A DNA stretch of 64,000 bases, taken from contig OX597816.1 of the NCBI GenBank assembly GCA_951406725.2, positions 140,678,001 to 140,742,000 on the forward strand, given 5' to 3'. The stretch is from Octopus vulgaris (Eukaryota). The position numbers were made by a program, and so were the translations under genes. This document shows positions 52,862-63,141 of this stretch, piece after piece; position 1 is the stretch's first letter, and every line of letters starts with the position of its first letter. Under the pieces are notes generated by a model. The model saw nothing but the letters and a program-made list of their open reading frames with translations, did no database searches and was not told the origin of the DNA.

Positions 52862-55343
52862 TCTTCTGTGCAGATTCTGTCAACTAAGTTTATTCACAAG
52901 CCATTGCTTTGCCCAGGGCTACAGTAGAAGACACTTACCAAAGGTGCTGCCTAGTGGGGCTGAACCCAAATCTGTATTGTATTGAACCAAACTTCTTAAC
53001 CATGCAGCCATACTGTATGACTTTTTTCTTCTTCCTTCGATGTGGCCTCAGTGACAATAGCAATCTACCTGTCCTTATCAACAGTAAAAAATAAATTATT
53101 CATAGGTATTGAGTTGATTTGCAAGACACTTAGCAACATGTTAAGTAATGTTGGATTGAGTAGTCTCTTGATACCTTTCCCACTAAGTTTCATTGTGTTT
53201 TTTAAAGTTTTTCTATATATCTTAATTATTCTTTTTGAGCATATGTAGTTTTATACATATGTGTATGTGAAATATCTTGTTTTATGCAATGACTATGTAA
53301 GTGAATGAAAAAAACATTTGAGGAATACATGTTTCAGTGTGTTGATACAGTAGATGGGTGTATTAAATTCTTGGGCATATTGCACATGATAGCTGACAGA
53401 TAGACATGTTTCATTCTTTAGAACAAATATCACTTCAGTAGATGTAAAGCATAGCTAAAAAGTCCTTTATGGTGACAGTTATAGACTGTTTCAATGAAAC
53501 TGGTTTACTGAGAAGAAAGAAGTCTTACTGTAAATAGAATTAAATACTAAAACAATAATAAACATAACATCAGTTTCTTGGAACTGATCTCTGTTAGTCA
53601 CCCTTAACTACTTAACCATCAAAATTTGATTGTTTCCTACAAATTTATGATGCATTTCTCTTATATAAGTTTCAGCAAAGGTGAATAAGTATTTTAGTTG
53701 AAGGGAGTCATATTTATATTTGAGTAAGTAATCACTTTTTGGTTTCTTCCTATTTCAGGGCTTTGAATGGAACAAGTATAACCAAACTCATTATGACATT
53801 GATAATCCACCACCTAAAATTGTACAAGGATACAAATTCAATGTAAGTATCTCCCCTTCTCTGAAGGCTTGGAAATTAACCTTTCATCTCATTTTCATTA
53901 TTTTCTATTCATTCTGCAACTTTTTTTTTTTTTTTTTTCTTTGCATCAGTATGAATTCATTGGTTGATTCATAATATTTAAACACTCAAATGTGTGCTAA
54001 CCCTGTTAGTATTTATTCACCTGAAAAAGCCTCTGGCTCTATGAAACAGAACATCTCAATGAAATGTATTCCCACTTAAATTAACATCTTCCATCATAAT
54101 TTTATCTAAGAAATTTTTGTTAAGTAATGTTCCAAACACTGGCTTAACAGTGGGATAGTTAATTATTCTCATATTCTCTTCATACTAATTGAAAAACATG
54201 CATAGTATATTTCATTAAAAATATGATCATGAAAGCATTAACAAACATATTTCAGTGTTCAGATATTTTAATTAACTCAGATGAAAAAGAGCTGTTAATA
54301 GTAGATATAGGTATATCTACTATGGATCAGGTTTAATAGTACTAAGAACTTACTGGAAATATCTCTGGAGGAAATAGACTGTTGCTCAGAATGCTTAAAT
54401 TAGGAATTATTCATAAGCAAATATTCTTAAGAATTTAAGTTAGTAGATTCCTGAAGGAGTCATGAGTTTATGAGATGAGGGTCTTGAAAGAATAGTAACG
54501 AAAAACAAAACAACTTCCAGTGAGACTTTGGATGTAACAAATAAACTCACATTCTATATTTTATTGAAAAATTTGGTTAGTGTATAATTATTATGAATAA
54601 TGACTTCTAACATAAATACAAGACCAGAAGTTTGGGAGTAGGGGTTAGCTGATTAAATCAACCCTAGTATTTGAGTTGGTTGGTTAATTCAAATTACTTC
54701 ATAAGGAGCATAGGGCCAGTTTCCCAGTTTCTCTAGCATATATATATTCTTCCCTGGACAGGACACCAGCCCATCGCAAGGTTATTCATTTTTATCTATT
54801 AAGTGAACTGGAGCGTCATGAAATGAAGTATTTTGTTCAAGAACACAACACATCATCATGTTGAGGAATCGAAACCATGATCTTATGCTCACAAGTTCAA
54901 CACTCTAACCACTGGGCCCAGTATTTGACTGGTACTTTATTTTATCAACCTCAGAAGAATGAAAGGCAATGTTGGCCTGAGTAGGACTCAAACTTAAAAT
55001 GAAAAAAGAAAACCATAAATAGCACAAGGCATGAAAATTATAGTTAGTTAAATAAACTCAACTACTTAACTGTACTTATTTTATTAATTCCAGAAAGATA
55101 AAAGACAAAGTTGTGTCAAGCAGAATTAGAAACTGATATTGATTTGTTACACAACACCACAAATATTACAGAGGAGGAATCTAATTCATTGAATCAACCC
55201 CAGTATTTGTTTATTTATTTATTTATTTAACTCTGCTAGGGTTAAAAGTAAATTCAACTTTGGTGATGTTTGAACTCAAAACACAAAACTAAATATTTGC
55301 AATATTTACTCTAGCTCACTACTCTTTTTGCTATTCCACTACC

Positions 55344-55391
<48 letters not shown>

Positions 55392-58300
55392 ATCCTTTCT
55401 ACTAAAAGCACAAGGCCTGAAATTTGTGGGGAGGAGACTAGTCAATTACATTGACCCCAGTGTTTCACTGGTACTTAATTTATCGATCCCAAAAGGACAA
55501 AAGCAAAGTCAACCTTGGCAGAATTTGAACTCAGAATGTAGCAATGGGCAAAATACTGCTAAGCATTTCATCCAGCATGCTAACGATTCTGCCAGCTTGC
55601 TACCTTAATGATAATAATAATAATCCTTTCTACTATAGGCACAAGGCCTGAAATTTTAGGGTAGGGGCAAGTCAATTGCAACAACTCCAGTACTCAATTG
55701 GTACTTAATTTATCAACTCTGAAAAGATGGAAAACAAAGTTGACCTTGGCGGAATTTAAACTTAGACCATAGCAGCAGACAAAGTACTGCTAAGCATTCC
55801 ACCCAGCGTGCTAACAATTTTGCCATCTTGCCATCTTAATAATAATAATAATAATAATAATAACGATACTAACTGTTTTTAATTTAAGCAAAGATAAGCA
55901 ATTTGAGGTAATAATTAAGGGATAATTCTTTCTACTGTAGGCATAAGGCCTGAAATTTTGAGGGTGGGGGAAGCTAGTAATTATATTGACCCAGTGCTTA
56001 ACTGGTACTTATTTCATCGACTGTGAAAGGATGAAAGGCAACGTTGACCTCAGCAGAATTTGAACTCTGAACAAAAGGATGAGTAAAATGCCACTAAGCA
56101 TTTCATCTGGCATGCTAACAGTTTTGCCAGCTTGCCACCTCAATAGTAATTATATTAATAATAATAATAACAAGTGCACTCAGAGAGCACAAACCTCCAC
56201 CAAGGCAACACTAATGTCCTCTCAACAATTAACCGGAGATGATTTTTAAAATGAGGATATCTGAAATAAACTCAATTGCTCTCAAAAATGAGAATACTAA
56301 AAATGAACCCGACCACTCTCAAAAGTTAAGTAAATAAAAATGGGGAAAGTCATCCAGAATCCTTGTCCAGTACCTGATTGATCCCATGGTAGTCATGGAA
56401 TGTGAAGGTGGGTGTGCAGGTCATGTTTGTGTCAGCCGCACTGGGAACAGGGAGGATTTTTTTCTATGAAGACCTCTTTTTAGTCTATCCATTGATATAG
56501 TGTCTTTATGACCATTAAGGTCTATAGTGAAAAATTTATCCGTGTGTGAAAGAAAATGGAAAGGACCTGCATATGGTGCTGTTAACAGAGATTTAACAAC
56601 ATAGTTACGCACAAAAACATGAGTCCAAGAAGTAAAGCTTCCTTCAAAGCAGAGCTAGAAATGCAATTGTCAAGTACTTAAGAGGTTTTAAACAGGGGTG
56701 ATATATTCAAAATTGGTAAAATTAAATTTTTTATTGCTACTGAATATGTTAGTGTTATTTAATTTCTGAACAGTTTTGCTACTGTTTGTTTATGTAGTTT
56801 GATTTCTTTATCCATCTAAGACAGAGATGCCAGTAAAATTAATAATAAAGAAACGAAAATAAAACTTTGGAAACAGCAACATTGCCATAACTTACGTGAA
56901 AACTATGAGCATGCTTTCAAGGGAGATAATCAGAGAAAGATTTGAAAATGAACGTAAATCGTAATACTTCATGTGAAGTAAATATAACAAATAATCTAGA
57001 ATCCTAGTTTGGTACTGGATCGATCCCAAAATCTAATCAGTTCATGCCAGTCACAAGGCCAAACATCCCTGAAAGTTTCATCCGAATCCATCCTGTGGTT
57101 CTTGAGATATCTTGTCTACAGACAAACAAACAAACATGACTGAAAACAATACCTCTGCCTTCACTAAAGTGGAGGTAATAATGATTTCAAATTTTGGCAC
57201 AAGCCCAGCAATTTCGGGTGAGTGGGTAAGTTAATTACATCGACCCCAGTGTTCAACTGGTACCTATTGTAACAATCCTGAAAGAATGAAAGGCAAAGTC
57301 AACCTTGGCGGAATTTGAACTCAGAACCTGAAGACAAAGGAAATGCTGCTAAGCATTTTGTCTGGTGTACTAATGATTCTACCAGCTCATTCTTTCTACT
57401 ATAGACCAAAGACCTGAAATTTTGGGGGAGGAGTCGTCAAATTGACCCCAGTGCTCAACTGGTACTTATTTCATCATTCTGAAAAGGATGAAAGGCCAAG
57501 TCAACCTCAGCAGATTTTGAACTCAGAACATAAAGACAGACGAAATGCTGCTAAGCATTTTGTCCAGCATGCCAACAATTATACATTGAACATTCCACTC
57601 TGAGTCACCAAATCATCTCATCTTCTCCACTATCTTATGCCTCCTCATACACTACACCAGCCTCTCACACTCTCACAACCTACTCAACAACTTGTCATCT
57701 CTTTCTCTCTCACACAAATATCCTTCCCTTATCTATTATATTATCATTACTGTTCTGCCTTTCTTCACCACCATGTGTTATTGGTCATCCCATCACCTTA
57801 TCCACTGTTCACTACAACCACCCCTCAATACCTGTTCTTCAGTCATATTCACCCCTTCTCTCATTCCCCATTTCTTACTCTCCCAATCTCTAATCACTCA
57901 CATTCCCAGTTTTACTTCTATTCATTTCTGCTCACCTCATATCTTAGGTGGGGGAGGGTCCACCTTGATCACCCTCACCCACCCTCTCATCTAAAGGGTG
58001 AGTTGCTATATAACACTTCTACAGCAAGAACTCTGTTCTAGTTTGGTCCCTTCCTCTCTTACTTTAAACCTCATCTTCTCGCATAAAGCTGCAGTTCTCA
58101 AATTTACAGGATGACCTCAGTACAGCAGGAAATTTGTTCTATAATGAGATTACAATCACATCATAACAATACTCTAAATGAGGTATTTGGGACACATTGA
58201 TGTATGAAGTGAGTAAGAAGGTTAACAGTTACTGAGCAGTGATATATCAATTAGCAGTGTTTTAATGCAAACAATTATTGAAAGAAAAAAAATTGGGTCT

Positions 58301-61119
58301 CTTTTCAGATATTCTATCCTGATCTTATAAATAAAGCTGATACTCCAGAATATGCTTTGGTAAGTTTTTCCCACATTTATTTCTGAAAAACTCTTCTGCA
58401 ACATTATATTTTAAAAAATTAATTAATTTACTAATTAATATTGGACTTTCACTTTCCTAAACTATATGGTAAGCATGGATTTTTGTTCCTTTTCCGAGAG
58501 AGATATAGTTACAACTACAGATGGAACAAATAAAAATTTACTAAACCTTCTCTGAAAAGCAGTCTTGGTAACTGATTTCTATGCTGAGGTTAACCATTAG
58601 CACACTGCATTTTTTTCTAGAATTGTTTCCCCTACCACTGCCCTGTTACTACAGAGGAGAAAACTCATACAGTGACATGATGCACCTACAGTGTGCTAAA
58701 GTTTAATAGTTTATGATTAATATATTGGAAGTATGAACATAAACATCTGTGAAACATGATGCAGTTATATTGTATGTAATGATGTATGATGTATGATGAT
58801 GTATGATAAACGTGGAGCAGCGTTATTACATTGGTATTACATGTGATGTATGACAGTGACGCTTCATAATGTGTCATAGGTATGGTGGTATATTCTCTGT
58901 TTTATCATTATCGTCTTAATATTCACTTTTCCATGCATGCCTGGGTCAGATGGAGTTTATTGAAGTAGACTCTCTATGGCTGGATGTCCTTCCTATCACC
59001 AGCCCTTACCTGTTTCTGAACAAGGTAATATCTCCCCATGGCCAGACATGTTTACACAGAATATTGGAAATCATTCAACATCAGAACAAGAAGACACACA
59101 CACACACACACAAATCCACTCACAAAGCTTTAGTTGGCCAAAAGTGCCACAGTGGGACTGAACCCAAAAATCATATTGTTGGGAAGCCAACTTCTTACTC
59201 ACACAGCTATGCTCAATGCTACATAAATGGGTTGATGGCTGATACATCATAAATGTGGTGGTGTGTGTCTGACATGTGAGGCAGTTATATAGTAAAATGT
59301 GCCAACATAGAGCAATCATACAGTATGATGCATGCCAGTAAAACAATTGTATCTGGCTATATTTGTTTTATAATTGGGTGATGTTTGAGGTGGGGTTGTG
59401 AATGGATCTGAGTGAGAGATTAATTAAGAATTTTGAGAAGTTAATTGACATAGATTATTAAAATATTTCATGAGAAAAACCTTTATATCTAATCTAGTAT
59501 TTCCTAACCTTTTGGGGAAACCTTAAAATACAATTCCATATCTCTGGAAAACTGTATAAAAAAATAATTATATATTGTTATTAACTTTGCTTGACTGACA
59601 AATTTGGTTCTCTTTCTATTTCATAGTTGATTATTTAAAAGTAAGCTCATCCAGGCTGTAAAATCAGTTCCTCTAACAGAATGTTTCCTACATATGCTAG
59701 CATGGTATAAATAGCTGCACAATATATCTCATTTTGAATTGTTTCATTCCTTCTGAAAATTGATTTTTACTTCAGTGATATAATTGTCTCCTCTCTCTTT
59801 ACAGACACCTTGCAATGACAATAAAGATTTTGCACTGTTACGCTTTCATGCTGGACCACCCTATGAGGTAAATATTGTTTTATATCCATTTAGAGACTGT
59901 TGTTCTTGAAGTAGAGATGTTTTTAGGAGTATTATTTTGCCTTACTGATTTTAAAAATTGGTAGACTTATGTGGTGTTTAAGAATATTACTAAAAAGCTA
60001 GTTACTAGTGTGTGTGTCCTACTTTTTTATATATATTTTTTTCATATTTTCTGTATCTCAACAACTATCCTTAATGGTAATTGTGCTTTTAGCAGTTTGG
60101 CAATTAACCTCAATAAAGCTAGCCCTTCTATTAGGATCACTTATTGAATGGCAAAGAGAGAGTGTAGCTGTTTGTGGAAAAGTCTTTTTTTTTTTATGCT
60201 GAGTAGGGAATACTTTTTTGTAGTAGTTCAAAGTTTCACTATGAAAGTCAGTATCACTAGATAAGTTACATGATACCAGCAGAATTTAATCCACCAAAAC
60301 TATGTTTGCAGGGTCCTAACATTCCATTCTGGTTAAACACCAAGAAGCTGTCCAAAATATCAAGGATCAGTTATTTGCAAGCATTCACCAGGACCATTGA
60401 CTGCTGAAGAGAGGGTGTAACTATTTGCAATGGAAACAATACAACTTTTTTGTCATTCCCCATATATCTGCATTATAAACTGCTTATTTTGAACAAATGT
60501 ATTGATAGAGCTTGTTACTCCACAAGATGGCATGTGAGCCATAAAGGCTGCATCAGAATTTCTTTGGGGCTAAATTCTGATGATCTATTGCTAGAAATGG
60601 TGCATTCTAACCAGGGATACATAAAATGCTCTCTCTCTTTCTCATCAAAATCGTCAGAGCATTAGACTTATCAGTGACTAGTTGGATAGCTGGTTTTCTA
60701 AAGCTCAAGTTGCAGATGATATATTAATGTTCATCACAGTGCTCCCCATACCTCTTGTTACTTACGTTACTGTACCATAGTTCTGCTCTCCATGAATACC
60801 AGTCTGCTATTGATAAATACAATAAGAAATAAATTTAAATTATAAGGTTGCGTTGTCCAAAATCACAAGACATAGGTTTCTACTCTCTCGACCCTAAAAA
60901 ATAAAACCAGAAAAAGAAAAAAAAAAAAAAAACAACATTTTAATGAATATGTACTTAAATATTGTAATAACTGTGTGAATTCTCCTTTTGCAGGATATTG
61001 CATTCAAAATCGTCAACCGTGAATGGGAATATTCATACAAGCGAGGCTTCCGCTGTCAGTTCCAAAACAACATTTTCCAACTGTGGTTTCACTTCAAACG
61101 TTATCGTTATCGACGATAG
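18256..61119 (+). CDS. CACTIN: Cactin (spliceosome C-complex factor), 19 coding exons, 2130 nt, 709 aa
   Basis: All 18 introns are GT-AG and phase-compatible. Hallmarks: [29 protein letters not shown]...[91 protein letters not shown]. Confidence 0.95.
18455..18645 (-). mobile_element. SINE family A
   Basis: Same core as 4075..4295, reverse orientation. Confidence 0.8.
20500..21600 (-). mobile_element. Degraded RTE-type LINE fragment
   Basis: Reverse-strand remnants of HQGS.L.PLLF, LLYADNL, L.VNF.KTK and FCYLGD.I, similar to 30300..31950. Confidence 0.6.
21786..21989 (+). CDS. CACTIN: Cactin exon 2
   Basis: TGCAG|[19 protein letters not shown]...EEYQAEK..AG|GTAGG. Confidence 0.85.
24499..24568 (+). 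CDS. CACTIN: Cactin exon 3
   Basis: [23 protein letters not shown]; AG/GT bounded. Confidence 0.9.
24698..25900 (-). mobile_element. Tc1/mariner-superfamily element (DD37D/rosa-like), near full length, degenerate
   Basis: TIRs CAGGGTGTCCCCCAAA / TTTGGGGGACATCCTG. Minus-strand remnants [34 protein letters not shown]. Confidence 0.75.
26721..26774 (+). CDS. CACTIN: Cactin exon 4
   Basis: [18 protein letters not shown]. Confidence 0.9.
27452..27660. repeat. Compound AT-rich microsatellite (ATGTATATATAA / ATGTAT units)
   Basis: Seen directly. Confidence 0.9.
27790..27936 (+). CDS. CACTIN: Cactin exon 5
   Basis: [20 protein letters not shown]...MAENR. Confidence 0.95.
28250..28385 (+). mobile_element. 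tRNA-derived SINE (family B)
   Basis: GGTTCAGTCCCACTGCGTGGCAC..GGG..TGTCTT..ACTATAGCC core. Other copies near 26470, 37970, 43225, 43545, 51435, 52855 and 59105. Confidence 0.7.
29052..29268 (+). mobile_element. SINE family A
   Basis: Full head plus core as at 4075. Confidence 0.8.
30001..30072 (+). CDS. CACTIN: Cactin exon 6
   Basis: [24 protein letters not shown]. Confidence 0.93.
30300..31950 (-). mobile_element. RTE-clade LINE reverse transcriptase relic, internally rearranged
   Basis: [68 protein letters not shown]; frameshifted. Confidence 0.9.
32385..32447 (+). CDS. CACTIN: Cactin exon 7
   Basis: [21 protein letters not shown]. Confidence 0.92.
33436..33490 (+). CDS. CACTIN: Cactin exon 8
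   Basis: [18 protein letters not shown]. Confidence 0.93.
33705..34050 (+). mobile_element. RTE LINE fragment
   Basis: MQFDFV..KS.T...[11 protein letters not shown]...KPL.LAF; same family as 30300..31950. Confidence 0.75.
34780..34868 (+). CDS. CACTIN: Cactin exon 9
   Basis: [30 protein letters not shown]. Confidence 0.95.
36445..36870 (-). mobile_element. (GAT)n-tailed retroposon 3' end (RTE-associated) with about 55-bp internal tandem repeats
   Basis: CATCATCATTTAACGTCCGCTTTCCATGCTAGCATGGGTTGGA..GCCCTTCCTAACGCCAACCAC. Related copies near 6690, 26940, 29520, 34280, 35995, 40040, 47755, 58905 and 61300. Confidence 0.65.
38133..38286 (+). CDS. CACTIN: Cactin exon 10
   Basis: [32 protein letters not shown]...DPLSR. 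Confidence 0.95.
38454..38642 (-). mobile_element. SINE family A, 5'-truncated
   Basis: Reverse complement of the 4120..4295 portion. Confidence 0.8.
38940..39900 (-). mobile_element. Degraded RTE LINE fragment
   Basis: Patchy similarity to 20500..21600; ORF 39551..39742 is a remnant. Confidence 0.45.
40777..40923 (+). CDS. CACTIN: Cactin exon 11
   Basis: [30 protein letters not shown]...GGEGIDI. Confidence 0.93.
41436..41631. repeat. Near-perfect hairpin, about 76-bp arms, 43-nt loop
   Basis: 41436..41512 is the reverse complement of 41556..41631 apart from two G-U pairs and one bulge. Confidence 0.9.
41727..41946. mobile_element. piggyBac-type MITE
   Basis: TTAA|CCCTTTAGCATTCAAA ... TCTGAACACTAAAGGG|TTAA. 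Confidence 0.8.
42333..43468. mobile_element. Non-autonomous hAT element with internal tandem repeats and a nested SINE
   Basis: 8-bp TSD TCTACAGG (42325, 43469); termini CAGGGC...GCCCTG; about 135-bp imperfect repeats at 42630..43140. Confidence 0.8.
44829..44938 (+). CDS. CACTIN: Cactin exon 12
   Basis: [37 protein letters not shown]. Confidence 0.95.
46319..46524 (+). CDS. CACTIN: Cactin exon 13
   Basis: [11 protein letters not shown] followed by an S/T-rich linker; donor AC|GTAAGT. Confidence 0.88.
46751..48057 (-). mobile_element. Old mariner-like element, heavily decayed
   Basis: Imperfect termini TACAAAGTTTGTATAAAAAAAAGAAC / GTTTCTTTTTGAACAGACTTCATA, about 1.3 kb, remnant C.....G.Y.EG C-terminus. 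Confidence 0.45.
48288..48477 (+). CDS. CACTIN: Cactin exon 14
   Basis: [28 protein letters not shown]...VLTTGRVK. Confidence 0.9.
50025..50488 (+). mobile_element. R4/Dong-like non-LTR retrotransposon 3' fragment (restriction-like endonuclease) in (AAT)n
   Basis: [36 protein letters not shown]...IPVV/IGALGMI...[13 protein letters not shown]; (AAT)n on both sides. Confidence 0.75.
51704..51859 (+). CDS. CACTIN: Cactin exon 15
   Basis: [25 protein letters not shown]...[18 protein letters not shown]. Confidence 0.96.
52253..52617 (-). mobile_element. Non-autonomous tRNA-head plus hammerhead retroposon, head-to-head inverted structure, 14-bp TSD
   Basis: TSD ATTTACTTTTTATA at 52239 and 52618. 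Minus-strand tRNA-like head 52482..52410, hammerhead 52344..52299, plus-strand partial copy 52501..52617. Confidence 0.8.
52299..52344 (-). ncRNA. Minimal type I hammerhead ribozyme
   Basis: GACAC-CTGATGA-A-GGCTG-gagggtatat-CAGCC-GAAA-CG-TT-GTGTT. Palindromic AACGTT replaces stem III. Confidence 0.8.
53759..53842 (+). CDS. CACTIN: Cactin exon 16
   Basis: [28 protein letters not shown]. Confidence 0.97.
56170..57179. mobile_element. Helentron/DINE-like non-autonomous element
   Basis: Subterminal ACCTCCACCAAGG near the left end. 3' hairpin ACCTCTGCCTT..AAAGTGGAGGT followed by AAT. Confidence 0.55.
56400..56700 (-). mobile_element. Gypsy/Ty3 integrase C-terminal fragment
   Basis: [22 protein letters not shown]......[20 protein letters not shown] (GPF/Y region). 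Confidence 0.7.
58309..58359 (+). CDS. CACTIN: Cactin exon 17
   Basis: [17 protein letters not shown]. Confidence 0.95.
59805..59867 (+). CDS. CACTIN: Cactin exon 18
   Basis: [21 protein letters not shown]. Confidence 0.96.
60994..61119 (+). CDS. CACTIN: Cactin exon 19 (terminal)
   Basis: [41 protein letters not shown]; AATAAA at 61172 and 61231. Confidence 0.97.
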   Translation, partial: DIAFKIVNREWEYSYKRGFRCQFQNNIFQLWFHFKRYRYRR

Positions 61120-61969
61120 GATTCCCCTGCTCTCTTCATTCAGATTATTAAAGCAATGTATATTTTTTAACAATAAATCTCTTCTTTTGGAGTTGGTTGA
61201 GTTTGCTTTCCACAACTTATTGTTACTAATAATAAAGAAAAAAGAAAGCTTGGTGTAGTTTTGTATAAAATAATTTTAATTTTTGATAAAATATAACTTT
61301 TCCCATGCTAGCATGGAAAGCGGACATTAAATGATGATGATGATGATGATGGATAGGAACCATGTAGTGGTAGAAAAATAGACAGAAGCTGTAGTAATTT
61401 TGTAATAAGTGAAGGTTGTAGTAACAGTATCAGTGATAGATGTGGTAGTACTATAATGTGTTATTGGTGAATGAAGGTTGTAGTACCTGTTGAATAGACA
61501 GAATGGGTGTAATAACAGTATCAGAGAGAAAGAAATGTGGTAATGGTTGTGAAGGTTTGTCAATCATTTGGATGTTTTTTTTCTCTCTTAGCTTTTTTTC
61601 TCCTCTCAGCTGTTCAATATTAGTACTTCAATAATAGTATCTGTTTGAACCACTGTATGGTTCCTTATAAGCCAAAGAGTGAACTTCTATACAGTCACTC
61701 AGTTAACTAAAAATAACATTCAAATATCTCTCAGATCAGATTATACCATCTTAAATAAAAGCACTTTAGATAAGGTAGTCCTAAAAAGATGAGATGCTCA
61801 TAGCTGGAATATCTCTGATCATATACCTGTTCAATTGGAGTTGGCCTGGAGTTAAAAACAAGTATTTTGGGGTGGTGTGTATTAGATGTATTCATAGAAA
61901 TGTGCTCCTCATGTCAACTTCACAAATTTCTTTTTAAAATGAGAGCGAAAAAGCTCTGTAGACCTAAAT

Positions 61970-62507
61970 GTCATGCTGGTGAGACCCATATTGGAGTATG
62001 GGATTCAAGCCTCTTCTCTTTATCTCCTCAAAGACATACAGCATCTCGAAAGAGTCCAGAAGCTGGCTACCCGCATGGTTCATGGTCTCAAAAATTTGTC
62101 CTACGAAGAAAGGCTGAGGACGCTCGACCTTTATTCTCTTGAAAAACGCCGCCGCCGTGGTGATCTCATTCTCGCCCACAACATCATAAGCGAAAAGTGT
62201 AACCTCTCGAAAGAGCTGTTCTTCACTCCTGCTCCAGAGCGTCGGCTGCGGGGTCATTCCGAAAAGCTCTACCTGCGACGATTTCATCTCAATCGAAGGA
62301 GAGGAGCTTTCTCCGTCCGGGTTGCGGATCCGTGGAACAAGCTGCCAGACGAGATGGTGAAGATGCCGACGACCGCTTTGTTCAAAGCCTCCTGGACCTC
62401 AAGTGGCCTGAACTCTTTACATGAACACCACCCTGTACTTAACTCCATGTCCCCCTACATGGCCTTGCTATTTGCTTTTGAGCCAAATTAACTAACTAAC
62501 TAACTAA
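61970..62507 (+). mobile_element. CR1-clade LINE 3' fragment, right arm only
   Basis: LVRPILEY...DIQHLERVQKLATRMV.GLK.LSYEERL..L.LYSLEKRR.RGDLI...RGHS.KL...FSVRV...WNKLP; (TAAC)n tail; CpG-rich, so probably young. Confidence 0.9.
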
Positions 62508-62902
62508 ATATTGTTGTGCCTGCATTGAAGGGTTTATCTTTAAATATCTATGAATAACATGTCAAAGAGACCCAATCTTGGCAGAATGCATACTTTTTCA
62601 GTATATACACTACAGGTGGATATTATACAAAATACATGGGTTGAAGTGAATTGAAATGGCTTGATCACAGATTGAACCTTGTATTGCAGATTTTACTCAC
62701 TTGAAGTTTACCATTTATTTATGATGCTTGCAGCACATAGATATGACATAAGAATGAGCCTTCATCATTATCATTTAACATCAGTTGACCATGCTGGCAA
62801 GGACTGAAGTATTAATAAAAATAAATAAAATGAAAATGTAGCAAGTGTCCATTGAGAATTGAATTTTTGACCTGTGATTAATGGTCAAGTACATTGACCA
62901 AT

Positions 62903-62962
62903 GCTTTTCATTAAATCATTCTGTATACTATTCTGGTACTGTGTCACCTGAAATTAGATAAG
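62903..62962 (-). pseudogene. 60-bp stray fragment of B3GALT-like CDS
   Basis: Matches the YLISGDIVPELYAESFNEK codons (5777..5837; 63348..63407) with several substitutions. Confidence 0.75.
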
Positions 62963-63141
62963 AAGTTCTAGAGAATCCTCAGCATATTAATACCACTTGT
63001 TTTAATAACCATCACCTTAGAAGAATAAAAGATGTCAACTATGGCAGGATTTGAACTCAGAATATGGGGTAAGGATATTCAAGAATGCAGGGCACTTAGT
63101 TCATTTCAGCAAGCTTCAACTGCTATTTTTAAAAGAGAAAA

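Larger units (their letters stand above)
54600..57580 (-). mobile_element. Cluster of co-oriented SINE family A copies separated by (AAT)n
   Basis: Clear copies at about 55392-55606, 55622-55838, 55925-56141, 57190-57390 and 57390-57578. Decayed copies at 54620-55290. Confidence 0.85.

Noticed and set aside
57580-58180. Purine/pyrimidine-skewed tracts (also 19950-20470, 35290-35830, 45080-45850, 48580-48790) resembling old Penelope 3' regions
   Set aside because: Too decayed to assign by eye; no intact protein or ribozyme motif.
60998-61258. Apparently conserved ORF pair 60998..61258 and 7632..7823 (also 7157..7396 and 61327..61563)
   Set aside because: The similarity is explained by the DNA duplication. 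These are off-frame readings of the cactin exon or of low-complexity sequence.
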